Assembly (NCBI GenBank): GCA_003614675.1 | Contig: ML002377.1 | Span: 1 to 35,559 of the forward strand | From: Dimargaris cristalligena | Taxonomy: Eukaryota | DNA: 35,559 nt | Direction: 5' to 3' | In this document: piece after piece, positions 9,872 through 21,120 of the stretch | Layout of the letters: each line of letters starts with the position of its first letter | Position numbering within the stretch: position 1 is the stretch's first letter | The notes under the pieces: model-generated | Told to the model about the DNA's origin: nothing | What the model saw: only the letters and a program-made list of their open reading frames with translations | The model's database searches: none | Made by a program: the position numbers and the translations under genes

Positions 9872-12041
9872 TTATGGCTTCGCCGGGGAAAGGGTTACGC
9901 GGGGGAATATCACCTTGGACCGGGATTCAGCCAGAGTATTGTAATCCACGGCAGCATCTTGCCACCCAGCCCCCAAGCGAGCCTCCCGCCAGGTATGTTC
10001 GTTAGGGGGAATACCTAGACATAGGAGCAGCTCTGTTGCTTTGGTGGGAATCACCGGTAGCAGGAGGACAGCGGCTAAACGGGCGGTCTCGAGGGCTAAA
10101 AAGACAATCCGTTGGAGTGGCAGTTGGGCCTCTAGGTCTCCTTGGGCCAAGGCTTTTTTCAATTTCCAGGGTTCGGTGAGCGCCACGTACTTGTTGAGGT
10201 GGGCGACCGCGTCATGTACGGTATTAATAGCGAGTCGGACGTCGGGTTGTTCGTAGGCGTTGGCCACGCATTCTATCGGGATTGCCAAGTTTAAAGGTTT
10301 GTTCAAAGCGGGAAATATTCAACACAAATGTTGTATAATGAGATAATGGAATCAGTATATATATATACAATTTCACGAGAAATAGCCCTTTAAGGACACG
10401 TAGTCAAGTGGACTCGGGATCCCCTGCCAACATATCATTGTATTACTTCTAATACCCAGCGAGAGGCCGACTTAATAGTAGGGTTTCTGATAACTCCAAA
10501 TTAGAAACACAGTGAATCAACTTACCAGGCAAACGCTGCAAATGGGCGATGACTTCAGCATCCATCGGACTGAGGGATTTGACCATCGGTAATTCCGTTT
10601 GGCTGAGCTTCCGACCCCATTGTCCGAAGGAGTTAAAGTCGGGGGCGAAGGCCTGGGAAGCACACCGGGCCACCAGATTACCCAGCTGGTCCACGAGTTG
10701 GGACTGGTAATCCACCTGAATGCGAGCCTCGCTAAAATCGGCATCGTAGGCCAACCCGCCGTTACGTAACAGGAAATACCGCACGGAGTCAACCCCATGC
10801 CGATTAAGAACGGCGAAGGGGTCGGCCACATTACCCCGGCTCTTGGACATTTTGTGGTTGGCCATGGTCCAGTGGGCGTGAGCAACGATACGGCGGGTCG
10901 GGGTCCGGCCGGTGGCCAAAAGGAAAGCGGGCCAGAATATGGCGTGGAATTTGACGATATCTTTACCCACTATTTGGAGGTGGGGCGGGAAGGGCGGCTG
11001 GCCGTTCACGGGGTGGGATTCCGCGACTGTTAGATAATTCAAGAGGGCGTCCAGCCAGACGTAGATGGTATGGTCCGGATCGCCGGGTACGGGAATACCC
11101 CAGTTCAATCGGGCCCGCGGGCGGGAAATCGACAAATCCCCCTGGGCGGCCTCTGCCGGACCCGTGGGGTAGGACCGGAGCTGGGCCATGACGTCTTGGT
11201 AGCGGTTGGCGGGCACGATCATGTCGGGGTGTTGTTCGTACAGCCGCAGCAAAGCGGGTATAAATGATCCCAACCGAAATTTGTAGTTGGTTTCCTCGGT
11301 CCATTCCACCGTCGACCCCGACACCGTAGCCACCATCGTGGTTCGGGGGGGAGAGGTCCCATCCGCCACCCCCGCTGGTGGTGGTGGTGATGTTGACGTT
11401 ACCTCCGTCACTTCCTCGGCCGTATAAAATGCTTCATCGGACACGGAGTACCAGCCGCTGTACGTACCTTTATAAATATGGCCCCGCTGGGCCAGTTCCG
11501 CCCAAAACGACTGCACCCGTTGGCGGTGGCGGGGTTCCGTGGTCCGAATAAAGTCATCGTACTGTACCTGCGCGGCTTGGCACAGTTCCTTAAACCGCGC
11601 GGAAATGCGGTCGCAGTAAGGGCCCGGGGCCACTTGGGCCTGGGCCGCGGCCTGCTGAATTTTAGTACCGTGTTCGTCGGTTCCGGTGCTGAACACGACC
11701 GTCCGGCCCCGCAGGCGGTGGTACCGCGCGAGGGAATCGGCTAAAACGCTGGAAAATAAATGGCCAATGTGGGGGTCCGCATTGACGTAGTAAATGGGTG
11801 TGGTGATCAGAATCGCCGACGGTGTAGCAGTAGCACCGTTGGTGGAGGAGGAGGTAATGGGTGGGTCTACTGGCTTGGTCGAGTAACGGAAATTCCCCCC
11901 AAAGGAATACGCTGAGAGCGCTAGGGGCAGGGGGCGTACCGAACATGGGGTGGCGGAGACCACCCCAGCGGGTAATGGCTTCCCAGGGCCGGAGCGAATG
12001 GAGGCCCCATAGGCGGAGATCAGTTGGAGCAGACGGGTCAT
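9872..12041 (-). CDS. MSM1: Methionyl-tRNA synthetase, mitochondrial type; join(10526..12041, 9872..10272), ~638 aa
   Basis: ITTPIYYVN-PHIGH, GTDEHG, YSGWYSVSDEAFY (Cys-less knuckle of mitochondrial/bacterial-type MetRS), YVWLDAL, GKDIVKFH and KMSKS. The N-terminus is basic and presequence-like. The 253-nt intron 10273..10525 (GTAAGT...ATAG, phase 1) joins in frame to the anticodon-binding exon (HLNKYVALTEPWKL). Confidence 0.92.
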
Positions 12042-12588
12042 GTGCCGAAGCGGTTCGTAGGCTAATTCAGTTATATGGGAGTGGTCCGGCCGACCTAAAG
12101 GTTACGTGGATAGCTATCGATTTGGGTACAATTCAGTATACTTCTCGTCAAGAATTCGAAGGGAGCCGAACTGGGGTGGTGCTTTAAGCCAGGAAAGGAG
12201 GTTCTAGTCAGCATGGGTAGTCTCCAAAATAACGTACAGATAAGAAATCCAGCTCAACGAAGCAACTTGCATGGCTTAACCCTTTGGTGAGCCACACAGT
12301 ACACTGCAAAGCTCATTCTTCGGAATTCCTGGTTATCTTGGTCAGACAAGTATCCAATAACAGCCAGTCCCAGTGGTGTGGACATATGGGCAGACCTAAG
12401 CCGTAGCCAGCTAGCAAAGAGGCTAATCCTATCCCTTTCTCCCATATTAATTGTTCGTAAGCTAGCATTATATTGTTTTTTTTTTAGTAAGTAAATTTGA
12501 CGGTTCATTGGGCCTTCCTAACCCTTCATTAGTTTGATTGACCAAGGCTATCCTCACTTCCCATTACCCCGAATCCCACAGCCGCCAC

Positions 12589-14290
12589 ATGCTAGTTCAA
12601 CTGTTGCAGCCCCGTCTGCCTTGGGGCCTGTTTCGACCGTCTCGGGTATCCCTGGACAGCTTAGTCCTTGGCCTGGCCCATGTCCATATCCATCGTAGTC
12701 GGGCCTACACCGCTGGGGCGGATTGCGGCTCGACCAGCCCCATGTCGACCCCCTGCCCTCCGATCCCCAAGACCCGAGCCCGTTCCTCCCGCGCCACCAC
12801 GGCGGGGACTTCCGCCGCTTCTCCACCTCCGAAATTGACCGTACCCCCGGCGTTTCTCGATTTCCCCCTTAGCCTATCGTATAGCACTTTTCAAATCTTC
12901 GCCAGTGTTCTCAAATTGCTCAATCGTGGACTAGCTTGGGAAAAGATAAATGTCCTTACGATCAAGCGGCATTTCCCCTACTTGGCTTCCATCAATCGAA
13001 TCGACAAGGTTCGGCTTTTAATCCATTTCAAGTCTGGGAGGTATAGGCTATCGTGGTTTATGGCCGTTGACTCAGGTAAGAGATCATACAGACATGGGGT
13101 TGATGTACCACCACTATACAGGGCAGATGATATCCTCCCCATCATCGCCATGATGAATCCCTCTCTCCTCCTCTCTTCTCCCCACTGCGCCCACATCCTA
13201 CCGCGAGGGTCTTCGCTAACGAGAGAGATTATACGACATCCCCTGATTATATTTCTGGGACATCTCATGGCCACACCCTCCCACGTTTCCCCCTATAGAC
13301 ATCACCACCGAGAACCTCGACCAGTTTGTCGAATGGGAACAAAAGATCGTGGATTCGCCCGTCGGCAAGGCGTGCTGGACCCCCAAGGAACTTGCCCGCC
13401 TGACCGAAGCCATGGAGAAGTACGGCAGCAGGGCCTGGGATGCTATTGCCGCGCATGTCCGAACGAAGGGAGTGAACGCCTGTAAGACCCGGAGCTACCG
13501 ACTCCTAAAGCAGGTCACTTCAGTACCACCACCGACCGAAGCCTTCCTGAAGGAGCTCGACCAACGCGTCCAGCAGTATAACTGGGACTGGTCCCTCATT
13601 CGGCAACACTATCCCCACCGGGACATGTGTCGCCTCCGCAACCAGTACTGGACCTGGCGGCGACCCAACCTCCCTTCGTTCCGGGTTTGGAGTCCGGACG
13701 AACTGGATCGCCTCCGGGCCGCGGTGGCCCAAATCGGGAGTCGTTCGTGGTTGGATGTGGCCGACCGGGTCGGGGGTACCAAATCAGGGGAACAGTGCCG
13801 TACCCAATGGATCCGCTTGAACTCCCCCGACCCCTCGTGGCCGCCGTCCCCCGACGAATGCGCCCAACTCCTTTTTTACATGGCCGTCCACCATCCCCAC
13901 CTGGTACAGGCCGTGTCCCCTTCGATTCTGCATCAGCTCCCCGCAGTGTACCGGACCCAGGGCCTCGCTCCCCACATTCTCGTCAACTGGAAAATGATGA
14001 GTCAGTGGATGACCACCTCCGCCACCTCCCCCCGGACCAATCTACAGTGCATGAACATATGGAAGAACGTCAGTCGGTTACTCGCCAAGTACGGCGCACT
14101 TGATTCCAATTCACAGGAAATGGTATGGGCGTTGTCTATTAAACACGGCTTGCCCAAAGCCCACGCGCTGACGGCTAAAGTATTAAAAGTCCCCCGTCAG
14201 CGGGCACGGCGGTATCTAAAACTCGCTCTCCTGACCAAGGCATTTCAACAACTTCTAAAGGATCCCCCCTCGTTACTTGGCTCTCAGTAA
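12589..14290 (+). CDS. Myb/SANT-repeat protein; join(12589..13075, 13299..14290), ~492 aa
   Basis: Trp-spaced Myb repeats WTPKELARL..YGSRAWDAIAAHV..C and WSPDELDRL..IGSRSWLDVADRVG..QCRTQW, plus two degenerate repeats. Donor CAG|GTAAGA at 13076 and acceptor CCCCCTATAG at 13298 join the two ORF-track frames in phase 1. First ATG at 12589. Confidence 0.8.
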
Positions 14291-15208
14291 ATCGCCATAT
14301 ATGAACCCCTCACCCTCGAGTCTTTATTGTCCACATTAATAAATCCGATACAACATTAGATAAGGTGTAGTATAGTAGGTATTGTCACTGCTGCATTGGG
14401 CAATCACAATTAAGTATATCGGCCCTTTTTATAAAATAATTAATAGATGGGCCACCGGTTCTACACATCAAGAATACACTGATTCCGACGAGAGACTATG
14501 TACGGCGCTGACGAAAGCTGGACTTGCAAGGAAAAGTATCATCCAAGGAACCGAAATTAAAAGAAATAGGTAGAACTGCACCCAGGCCATATTGTAAATA
14601 CAACCGGCTAGCGAGATCGACAACGTTCACCTTGGTCTGCTCTATGATGGGTTTTAATGATGGAGATGTATCTATGGAATAGTGTAGCTGTGACCAGCTG
14701 AGGTCAAGTAGAGGGAGGGGGGTTGCGGATATGAGCTAGTAGACTACAATTGCCCTACAATACTGAATCTACAAGGTGAAAGAAACCATAAAACCATCCT
14801 GTTGATTGATGAGTAAAACCGTCACTTATACTTACATTTACGACATTACATTGTCACCTCACTGTTTCATACCATAGATCCATCGGTATCCCTCCCTTCT
14901 CGTAAAAGGTATGAGGTTAGGTTAAATTATAATATTATTAGTGTTGCCAATATATACGGACCAACACCACACGGGTATTGCATAGAATCGCATAGTTAGT
15001 TGTGGTAGAATACTGTAGATATGGTACCCGATAGAGAATGTACTAAAGTCACCAATAAGAAGAAACCATAAAGTGAGTCTCATCAATTGGAATATAATAA
15101 CACAGTTATTCAGGATCAGGAAAGGTAGAGTCTAGTAACCTCAAGAAATAGTGCAATTCCAAAGCCCACTGACCATTTACTTTCCAAGGCTGTAAAATTT
15201 AAAACAAT

Positions 15209-15214
15209 AAAAAA
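15209..15214 (-). terminator. RNA polymerase III oligo-T terminator of the 5S gene
   Basis: A run of six T on the minus strand at the 5S 3' end. Confidence 0.7.
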
Positions 15215-15331
15215 GTTGTAGCACCAACTATTCCCAAGTGGTCACCCACCTCAGTACTAAATTGGCTGATCAGAGCTTATCTTCGCAGATCTAACGGGAT
15301 ACGGAGCATATTTTGACATATGGCCACAACT
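15213..15331 (-). rRNA. 5S rRNA gene (dispersed copy, possibly degenerate)
   Basis: The minus strand reads AGTTGTGGCCATATGTCAAAATATGCTCCGTATCCCGTTAGATCTGCGAAGATAAGCTCTGATCAGCCAATTTAGTACTGAGGTGGGTGACCACTTGGGAATAGTTGGTGCTACAACTT. It has 5S hallmarks (GGCCATA, ATCCCG..GATCT, TAAGC, TAGTACT..GTGGGTGACC), helix I pairing AGTTGTGGC/GCTACAACT, a length of ~119 nt and a downstream oligo-T. Confidence 0.9.
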
Positions 15332-16010
15332 GAAAAATTTAATATCAAGCTGGTTAAATTATTAAAGGATAGCATAAAATAAATATTAACCAGGAACTAT
15401 CTGTACTATTTGATCATAGGTGAATGTCTCTTGTTTATAGGCTTAGGTAATCACTTGATAATGGAAATTTAATGAAGGAGGGCGGGGGATGTGATGGGGT
15501 TTTTCTTAATATATATACATATAGATTGATTTAGCTGTAGGGATGGCCTCCAGCAGCTCTGGATTAATTGGGATTGCAAGTGGAGTACTTTGGGAGTGCC
15601 AGTGTCACTGCTCATTCTGGTAATGGATTACAGTGATCACTTATTCTAATATGCATGGTGGCTTAACTGTTGGGGTTAACACAGGGCTGACTGGTGTCGG
15701 GTAAGTATCACAGGACCATTGGGAAGGTCGGAAGTAACATTCTGCGGATGGTCTGATGACCCTGAACTGATTAAAAGTGCTGGCCAGCTTCAGAGGGTCT
15801 CCCAATGGCGGCATAAAAACAAAGTTTCAACCCCTTATGATCTATTGGGGCAAATTTGATAAATTATTTACTTACAACTTGACAATATTAATACACTTAT
15901 TTTAACTGGCTAATCTTGTCCAGATTGTGGGGCTTTTTGTTTTATAACTAGAGTAAATCCCCCCCTTAGTATTGGTTCAGAGCCTGCCTGCCCATAGAAC
16001 ATGTTAAACA

Positions 16011-16148
16011 TAGGTGAAGTTCAGCTTGGTTGTATAAGGTTTTAACCGATATGTGTATGGGAAAATCGGTGGGATATTTATTTTCAACCAGTCGTATTTG
16101 CCTCATCAAATGGATTTTTCGTTATACAGCCTTGTTGAACTACTCCCA
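16011..16148 (-). mobile_element. MITE copy 3 (138 bp, inverted orientation, CA flanks)
   Basis: The reverse complement TGGGAGTAGTTCAACAAGGCTGTATAACGAAAAATCCATTTGATGAGG...AAAACCTTATACAACCAAGCTGAACTTCACCTA aligns with copies 1, 2 and 4. CA on both sides (16009-16010, 16149-16150). Confidence 0.85.
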
Positions 16149-17940
16149 CATGAACCCCTTATACACATTAATAAGAACCGTGGGAATGGCCAGTCTCTAT
16201 TTTCGCAATACAGGGACTGCCAGTGGCTTATATATGTAGGCTCCCAGTTAGCCGAGGCCCCAATAATATAAGTAGAATGTGTGAATGTGTTTGAATATTC
16301 ACCAATGACCAGTTTACAGTTCCCAGAATGGGACTTCTGAGTGAAATGCCTTCAATTAAGCCAATATTATTAACCTACTTCAATATTGCAATCCTCTAGC
16401 TGATATGTTGGCTCAACTTTAGTGATGTCGTTATTTCTTGAGCTACCCATGTTTTTATTGTGGGACTTTGGGCAGATGCTAGTGAGGATAAGAAATGCTA
16501 GCTTTGGACTACTTACATGCCAATTCAATCGCTGACCAGCACTTATACCGGTGCATCCCACTGTTAAAGCCCCAACATGGATGTCCAGTCCACTATAATC
16601 AAAGAAAGTATTCACTCTGGCCCGGAGCTGAAATCACCTCTGACTACCTCCTATCTCCCAGGCAGTGTACATCGTAAGACTACTCGATGGTGCTCCTGTG
16701 TTTTCACCATTTCTAACTATGGCTTCACCCTTGAAAATGGAGCAGTCAAATAGTCCAAATTAAGTCATGTTAACTTATTGGAATATCTTATTCCCAAATG
16801 GATTTATAGGACCAGATCCTGACCTATTAGTGTTCTAGGTGATCGGTCCAAGAAGGATCTAAAGATCGTGAATGTGTTGAAATAGCACCATTCATTTCCC
16901 TTTATAGTATGACCCTCTACCTCGCCAGCCCTAATATTGGCAATCCTCCGCCGTAAGACCCCGTTCAATTACTCAACCTTGTTAAAAAACATCATCCTAC
17001 TAGACAGCCGTCATTAACCAACGATGGTTTTTTACTAGGGTATTATTTAGTTCTTATATATGCATCTGTCCCGTGTCCTGGTCCGAATCCGAACTTATGA
17101 GCATTTACGGGTCTATTTGCCCATCCACCATTGCAGGTTCCCTTGCATGCAATTTTCCATGTATAATTTACCCCAAGGCATATCTCTCTAGTCTCGGGGA
17201 ACACCACCCATGTTTACCCATTAATCCTTAGTGATAGTATTATTAACATTGTGAATGACTCAGCAATTAGTGAACCTATTGGCTGACTTAACACCCGCCT
17301 GGTCAGGTGGGTCTGTGTGGACAGTGTTATAATGTGGATAATCATTTCAGCTGCCGTGGAGTACGGATATCTAGTTTGTCAATTAACGCAATTGACCAAG
17401 TGGGCTTAAATCGGCTGCAAAGCCCGGTACCACCCAAAAATACCGTCAGATAGATAGAGTTGGGAAATGACCCCCGGGCTATACCACAGGACAATAGGCA
17501 GTCCAGAATTAAATAATCCGGGATGCAAGGAGGTTGATATGGGGATGAAAGGGGCGCCTAGGCCCCGAAATTTAGGATGCCGTTGACTAGTTCAATGCAG
17601 GCTGGTCGTCTATGGAGTTTAATGGCCCATACAACACCGTCTCGCGTTGGAAGGGGAGAAGGGGGAGGGCTAAAAAAAACCTACGGATAAAGACGCGGAC
17701 GGGGCTGTAGCACAGACACAGACACAGTAGTTGGGTTACACAGTCCTACCGCTTCTACTTCGCACTGCCACTACCCGCTCAAGGTGGCGATATTCCTATC
17801 GTTTTATCAGCAATGACGCCAGTCCCTCTCTCTTTTTTTTTTGCATTGTTGAAGTCATCAGGGGCGGCGCATCATTTGGTTGAAAAAGATTGAAAATTGA
17901 CTATATGCAGACGGGCATTCGCAGTCCCATTCCATGTCAT

Positions 17941-17948
17941 TATAAATA
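17941..17948 (+). promoter_or_regulatory. Putative TATA box of the AMP deaminase gene
   Basis: TATAAATA followed by a CT-rich leader, ~245 bp upstream of ATG 18187. Confidence 0.45.
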
Positions 17949-18186
17949 CCCGCCAAGGTCACTGGAGCGACGGCCGTCTTCTCTCCCCTTTCCCTTCCTT
18001 TATTAGTCATTTTAGAGTCCCAATTCCTCTTGTTGTCCAGCTGTATCCGTCACCTCACTTACTCCATTTGCATTGCTTATTGCACCCACTCCCTCGCTTC
18101 GTTTGGAGGCTACTCAACTCCGACTCCAACGCCCATTTGCTTTGAACCCCCCTCCACCTCTACTTGGCCGGACCCGTCTTCCCGCC

Positions 18187-21120
18187 ATGTCCCACACTAA
18201 CCACCCGGACTCCAGCAACCCTGAGTTGTTCGTAGCCAGTCACCACCCCAGCCATCAGCCCGTTAGTAGTGATGAGAGCAGCACCTTTAGTCCCAGTCTG
18301 GACGAAGCTCCTACTCCCCCTGGTTTAAACCCCACCGAGGGAGTCACCCCGCCGGCACCCGAACCCACCACCAACCCCTACTTCGACTACCACGTACAGC
18401 AAACCCAGCATTTCGAGGGCGAAAAACGCATGGGCCAGGAGATTGCCGCCCAGACCAGCGAGTCCCCCGCGGGCCACGGTGCCACCCCCGCCGCCGATGT
18501 TCCCCGCCGGTCCTCCCGCAATTTCGTTCCCCGCGCCGAGGAACTGGACGAGGACGACGTAGACGCGGCCCAGGCCAATTTGCTCCGCTCCCTGGCCGAC
18601 AAGGTGGGGGACGTGCGTCTCCAGGTCGAGGCTGACGCGACCGAATCCCTCCAGGAACTGTGCATTGGCCTCCAGAAGTGCCGGGCCCTCCGCCAACGCT
18701 ACATGCAGGCCTCGCTCCAAATGCCGGGCGATAACCCCAAAGATGCTAATGCATGGGACATCTATCCCCCTCCGCCCCCGCCCCACTGGAAACCCCAGTC
18801 TCCCCCTAGACCATCGCCCCCCTCTCCGGGCGACGCTGCTTCTGGTGACCAGTGCCACGATTCGCGTCCACTGCCCTCCAACAGTCGCCCAGTTACCCCG
18901 TGCGATGGCAATGGCTTTCAATTGGCCGACTGTCCCATCCCTGGCGTCCATCCCTTTGATTTCGCCATGGACGAGACCGGTGTTTATCAGGTGTATGATC
19001 AACCTATCCAATCTGATACCAGCTCCGGCAATGATGTCTCGATTCCCACCCCCCGTTTCCGTGTCCCTTCCCTGCGGGAATACTTCCAAGACTTGGATTA
19101 CCTCCTCGGTATCGTTTCCGATGGTCCCACCAAGTCTCTCGCCTTCCGCCGCCTTAAATATCTGGAAAGCAAATGGCAGCTCTACCATCTACTCAACGAC
19201 TACCACGAGATTGCCGAGGCCAAGGCGGTGCCCCATCGTGACTTTTACAATGTCCGTAAAGTAGACACCCACGTGCATCACTCGGCCTGCATGAACCAGA
19301 AGCACCTGCTGCGGTTCATCAAGTCCCGCCTGCGCCACTGCCCTAATGAGGTCGTCATCCACCGTGACGGTAAGGACCTCACCCTCAAGCAGGTCTTTGA
19401 GAGCTTGAACCTCACCGCCTACGACCTCAGCATCGACACCCTCGACATGCACGCCCACAAGGACTCTTTCCACCGGTTCGATAAGTTCAACCTCAAGTAC
19501 AACCCCATTGGTTCGTCCCGCCTCCGCGAGATTTTCCTAAAGACCGATAACTACATCAAGGGGCGCTATTTGGCTGAACTCACCAAGGAGGTATTCAATG
19601 ACCTGGAAGCCAGCAAATATCAGATGGCCGAGTATCGCCTCTCAATCTACGGGCGATCGCCGAAAGAATGGGACAGCCTGGCCGCATGGGTGGTGGACAA
19701 CAAACTGTTTTCCCACAATGTACGCTGGTTGATTCAGGTGCCCCGTCTCTACTCCATCTACCGCAAGAGCGGTACCGTGGATAACTTTGAGGACATGCTA
19801 CGCAATATCTTCCAGCCCCTGTTTGAGGTCACCAAGGACCCCAGTTCCCACCCCAAACTGCACATTTTCCTCCAGCGGGTGGTAGGGTTCGACAGTGTGG
19901 ATGACGAGAGCAAGGCCGAGCGTCGCATCTACCGCAAATACCCCGTCCCCAAGTTGTGGCAGACTAACCTCAACCCGCCCTACTCCTACCAGGTTTACTA
20001 CCTGTACGCCAACATGGGTACCCTGAATGGTTGGCGCCAGGCCCGGGGTTTCAACACCTTTGTGTTCCGCCCCCACGCCGGCGAGGCTGGTGATACCGAC
20101 CATTTGGCCGCTGCTTTCCTGACCGCCCAGCACATCAACCACGGCATTACCCTTCGTAAAGTGCCTGCTCTCCAGTACCTCTACTACTTGGAGCAAATCG
20201 GCTTGGCCATGTCCCCGTTGAGTAACAACGCCCTATTCCTGACTTACGAACGCAACCCGCTGATTCAGTTCTACCAGCGTGGTCTGAACGTCAGTTTATC
20301 CACCGACGATCCCCTCCAGTTCCATTTCACCAAGGAACCTTTGATCGAGGAGTACAGCCTGGCTACCCAAATCTGGAAATTGTCGGCCTGTGACATGTGC
20401 GAAATCTCACGTAACAGTGTCCTCCAGAGCGGGTTCGAGCATCGTATCAAGGCCCATTGGATCGGTAAGAACTACCTTGCAGCCGGACCCGAGGGTAACG
20501 ACGTGCAAAAGACCAACGTACCGTACACCCGTATGGCCTACCGCTACAATACCCTACTGGAAGAACAGCGCTACGTGTCCTACGTTGCCCAGGGTGGAGA
20601 ATTGGTTTTCGAGGCCCCAGTCACTCCGGCCGCTATCTCCGCACTCAGCCCGAATGAATCGAACCAGTCCCTCACTAACCTAAATGCTGCCGCCACTAGC
20701 TCCATGGGCCCGCCCGCTCCCGTGGGCCACCACCCCCACGGTCACATGGCTACCTACTCGCCCCTGGCCCTCATGCCCCATTCCGTAGCGGTGCACATCC
20801 CCACCCCTGGAGTAGGTGCCGTGAAGGTCGTCACGCCAGGCCCCGGCCGCGCCCATACCTTCCATAATTTCACCTCGGCTACTACCCCCCTCATGGCTCC
20901 GCATATGTTCCCCCCTCCCGGTGGTATAGTGCCCTCGGTCAATTCTTTAACCCACGAATTCCCCGGTCTGTCCATGGGCAATCTAACCCTGGCCCACCCC
21001 TCCGTAACCTCCCCAGCGACTACTACCGCGGGTCACTCGGACCATGTGACGACGTCCACTGGCACTGAGACAATACTGCCCCCTCTGCCTGACCTTAACC
21101 TCCCCCCGCCCAAGGCCTAG
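18187..21120 (+). CDS. AMD1: AMP deaminase (~977 aa, intronless)
   Basis: [50 protein letters not shown] and the [11 protein letters not shown] signature. The first ATG (GCCATGT) is at 18187; the ORF-track start at 18073 is a TTG. Confidence 0.96.
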   Translation: MSHTNHPDSSNPELFVASHHPSHQPVSSDESSTFSPSLDEAPTPPGLNPTEGVTPPAPEPTTNPYFDYHVQQTQHFEGEKRMGQEIAAQTSESPAGHGATPAADVPRRSSRNFVPRAEELDEDDVDAAQANLLRSLADKVGDVRLQVEADATESLQELCIGLQKCRALRQRYMQASLQMPGDNPKDANAWDIYPPPPPPHWKPQSPPRPSPPSPGDAASGDQCHDSRPLPSNSRPVTPCDGNGFQLADCPIPGVHPFDFAMDETGVYQVYDQPIQSDTSSGNDVSIPTPRFRVPSLREYFQDLDYLLGIVSDGPTKSLAFRRLKYLESKWQLYHLLNDYHEIAEAKAVPHRDFYNVRKVDTHVHHSACMNQKHLLRFIKSRLRHCPNEVVIHRDGKDLTLKQVFESLNLTAYDLSIDTLDMHAHKDSFHRFDKFNLKYNPIGSSRLREIFLKTDNYIKGRYLAELTKEVFNDLEASKYQMAEYRLSIYGRSPKEWDSLAAWVVDNKLFSHNVRWLIQVPRLYSIYRKSGTVDNFEDMLRNIFQPLFEVTKDPSSHPKLHIFLQRVVGFDSVDDESKAERRIYRKYPVPKLWQTNLNPPYSYQVYYLYANMGTLNGWRQARGFNTFVFRPHAGEAGDTDHLAAAFLTAQHINHGITLRKVPALQYLYYLEQIGLAMSPLSNNALFLTYERNPLIQFYQRGLNVSLSTDDPLQFHFTKEPLIEEYSLATQIWKLSACDMCEISRNSVLQSGFEHRIKAHWIGKNYLAAGPEGNDVQKTNVPYTRMAYRYNTLLEEQRYVSYVAQGGELVFEAPVTPAAISALSPNESNQSLTNLNAAATSSMGPPAPVGHHPHGHMATYSPLALMPHSVAVHIPTPGVGAVKVVTPGPGRAHTFHNFTSATTPLMAPHMFPPPGGIVPSVNSLTHEFPGLSMGNLTLAHPSVTSPATTTAGHSDHVTTSTGTETILPPLPDLNLPPPKA

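Noticed and set aside
10273-10525. Possible snoRNA or extra exon in the 253-nt MetRS intron
   Set aside because: The C box is non-canonical (ATGATAT), the sequence before CTGA is a TA repeat rather than a guide, and the internal TAG acceptor leads to a stop within a few codons.
13076-13485. Overlap of the 315-aa and 313-aa ORFs as a programmed frameshift
   Set aside because: It is fully explained by a canonical GT-AG intron at 13076-13298.
14709-14899. Loose inverted similarity AGAGGGAGGG... / ...CCCTCCCTTCT as a second MITE
   Set aside because: The match is short and low-complexity, with no TSD and no second copy in the window.
15690-15710. ATACTTACC on the minus strand, resembling the U1 snRNA 5' end
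   Set aside because: No U1 stem-loop I/II motifs or Sm site follow; it is only a donor-like 9-mer.
17256-17262. TGACTCA (Gcn4/Bas1-type site) upstream of AMP deaminase, near a Myb gene
   Set aside because: A single site ~930 bp upstream. The same motif occurs in non-promoter positions (e.g. ~9154, ~9284), so it is compatible with chance.
18325-20196. Antisense ORFs (287, 94 and 132 aa) within AMP deaminase, and similar ones within wee1, MetRS and the DEK-like gene
   Set aside because: These are shadow ORFs expected from GC-rich, C-ending codon usage, with no independent coding signal.
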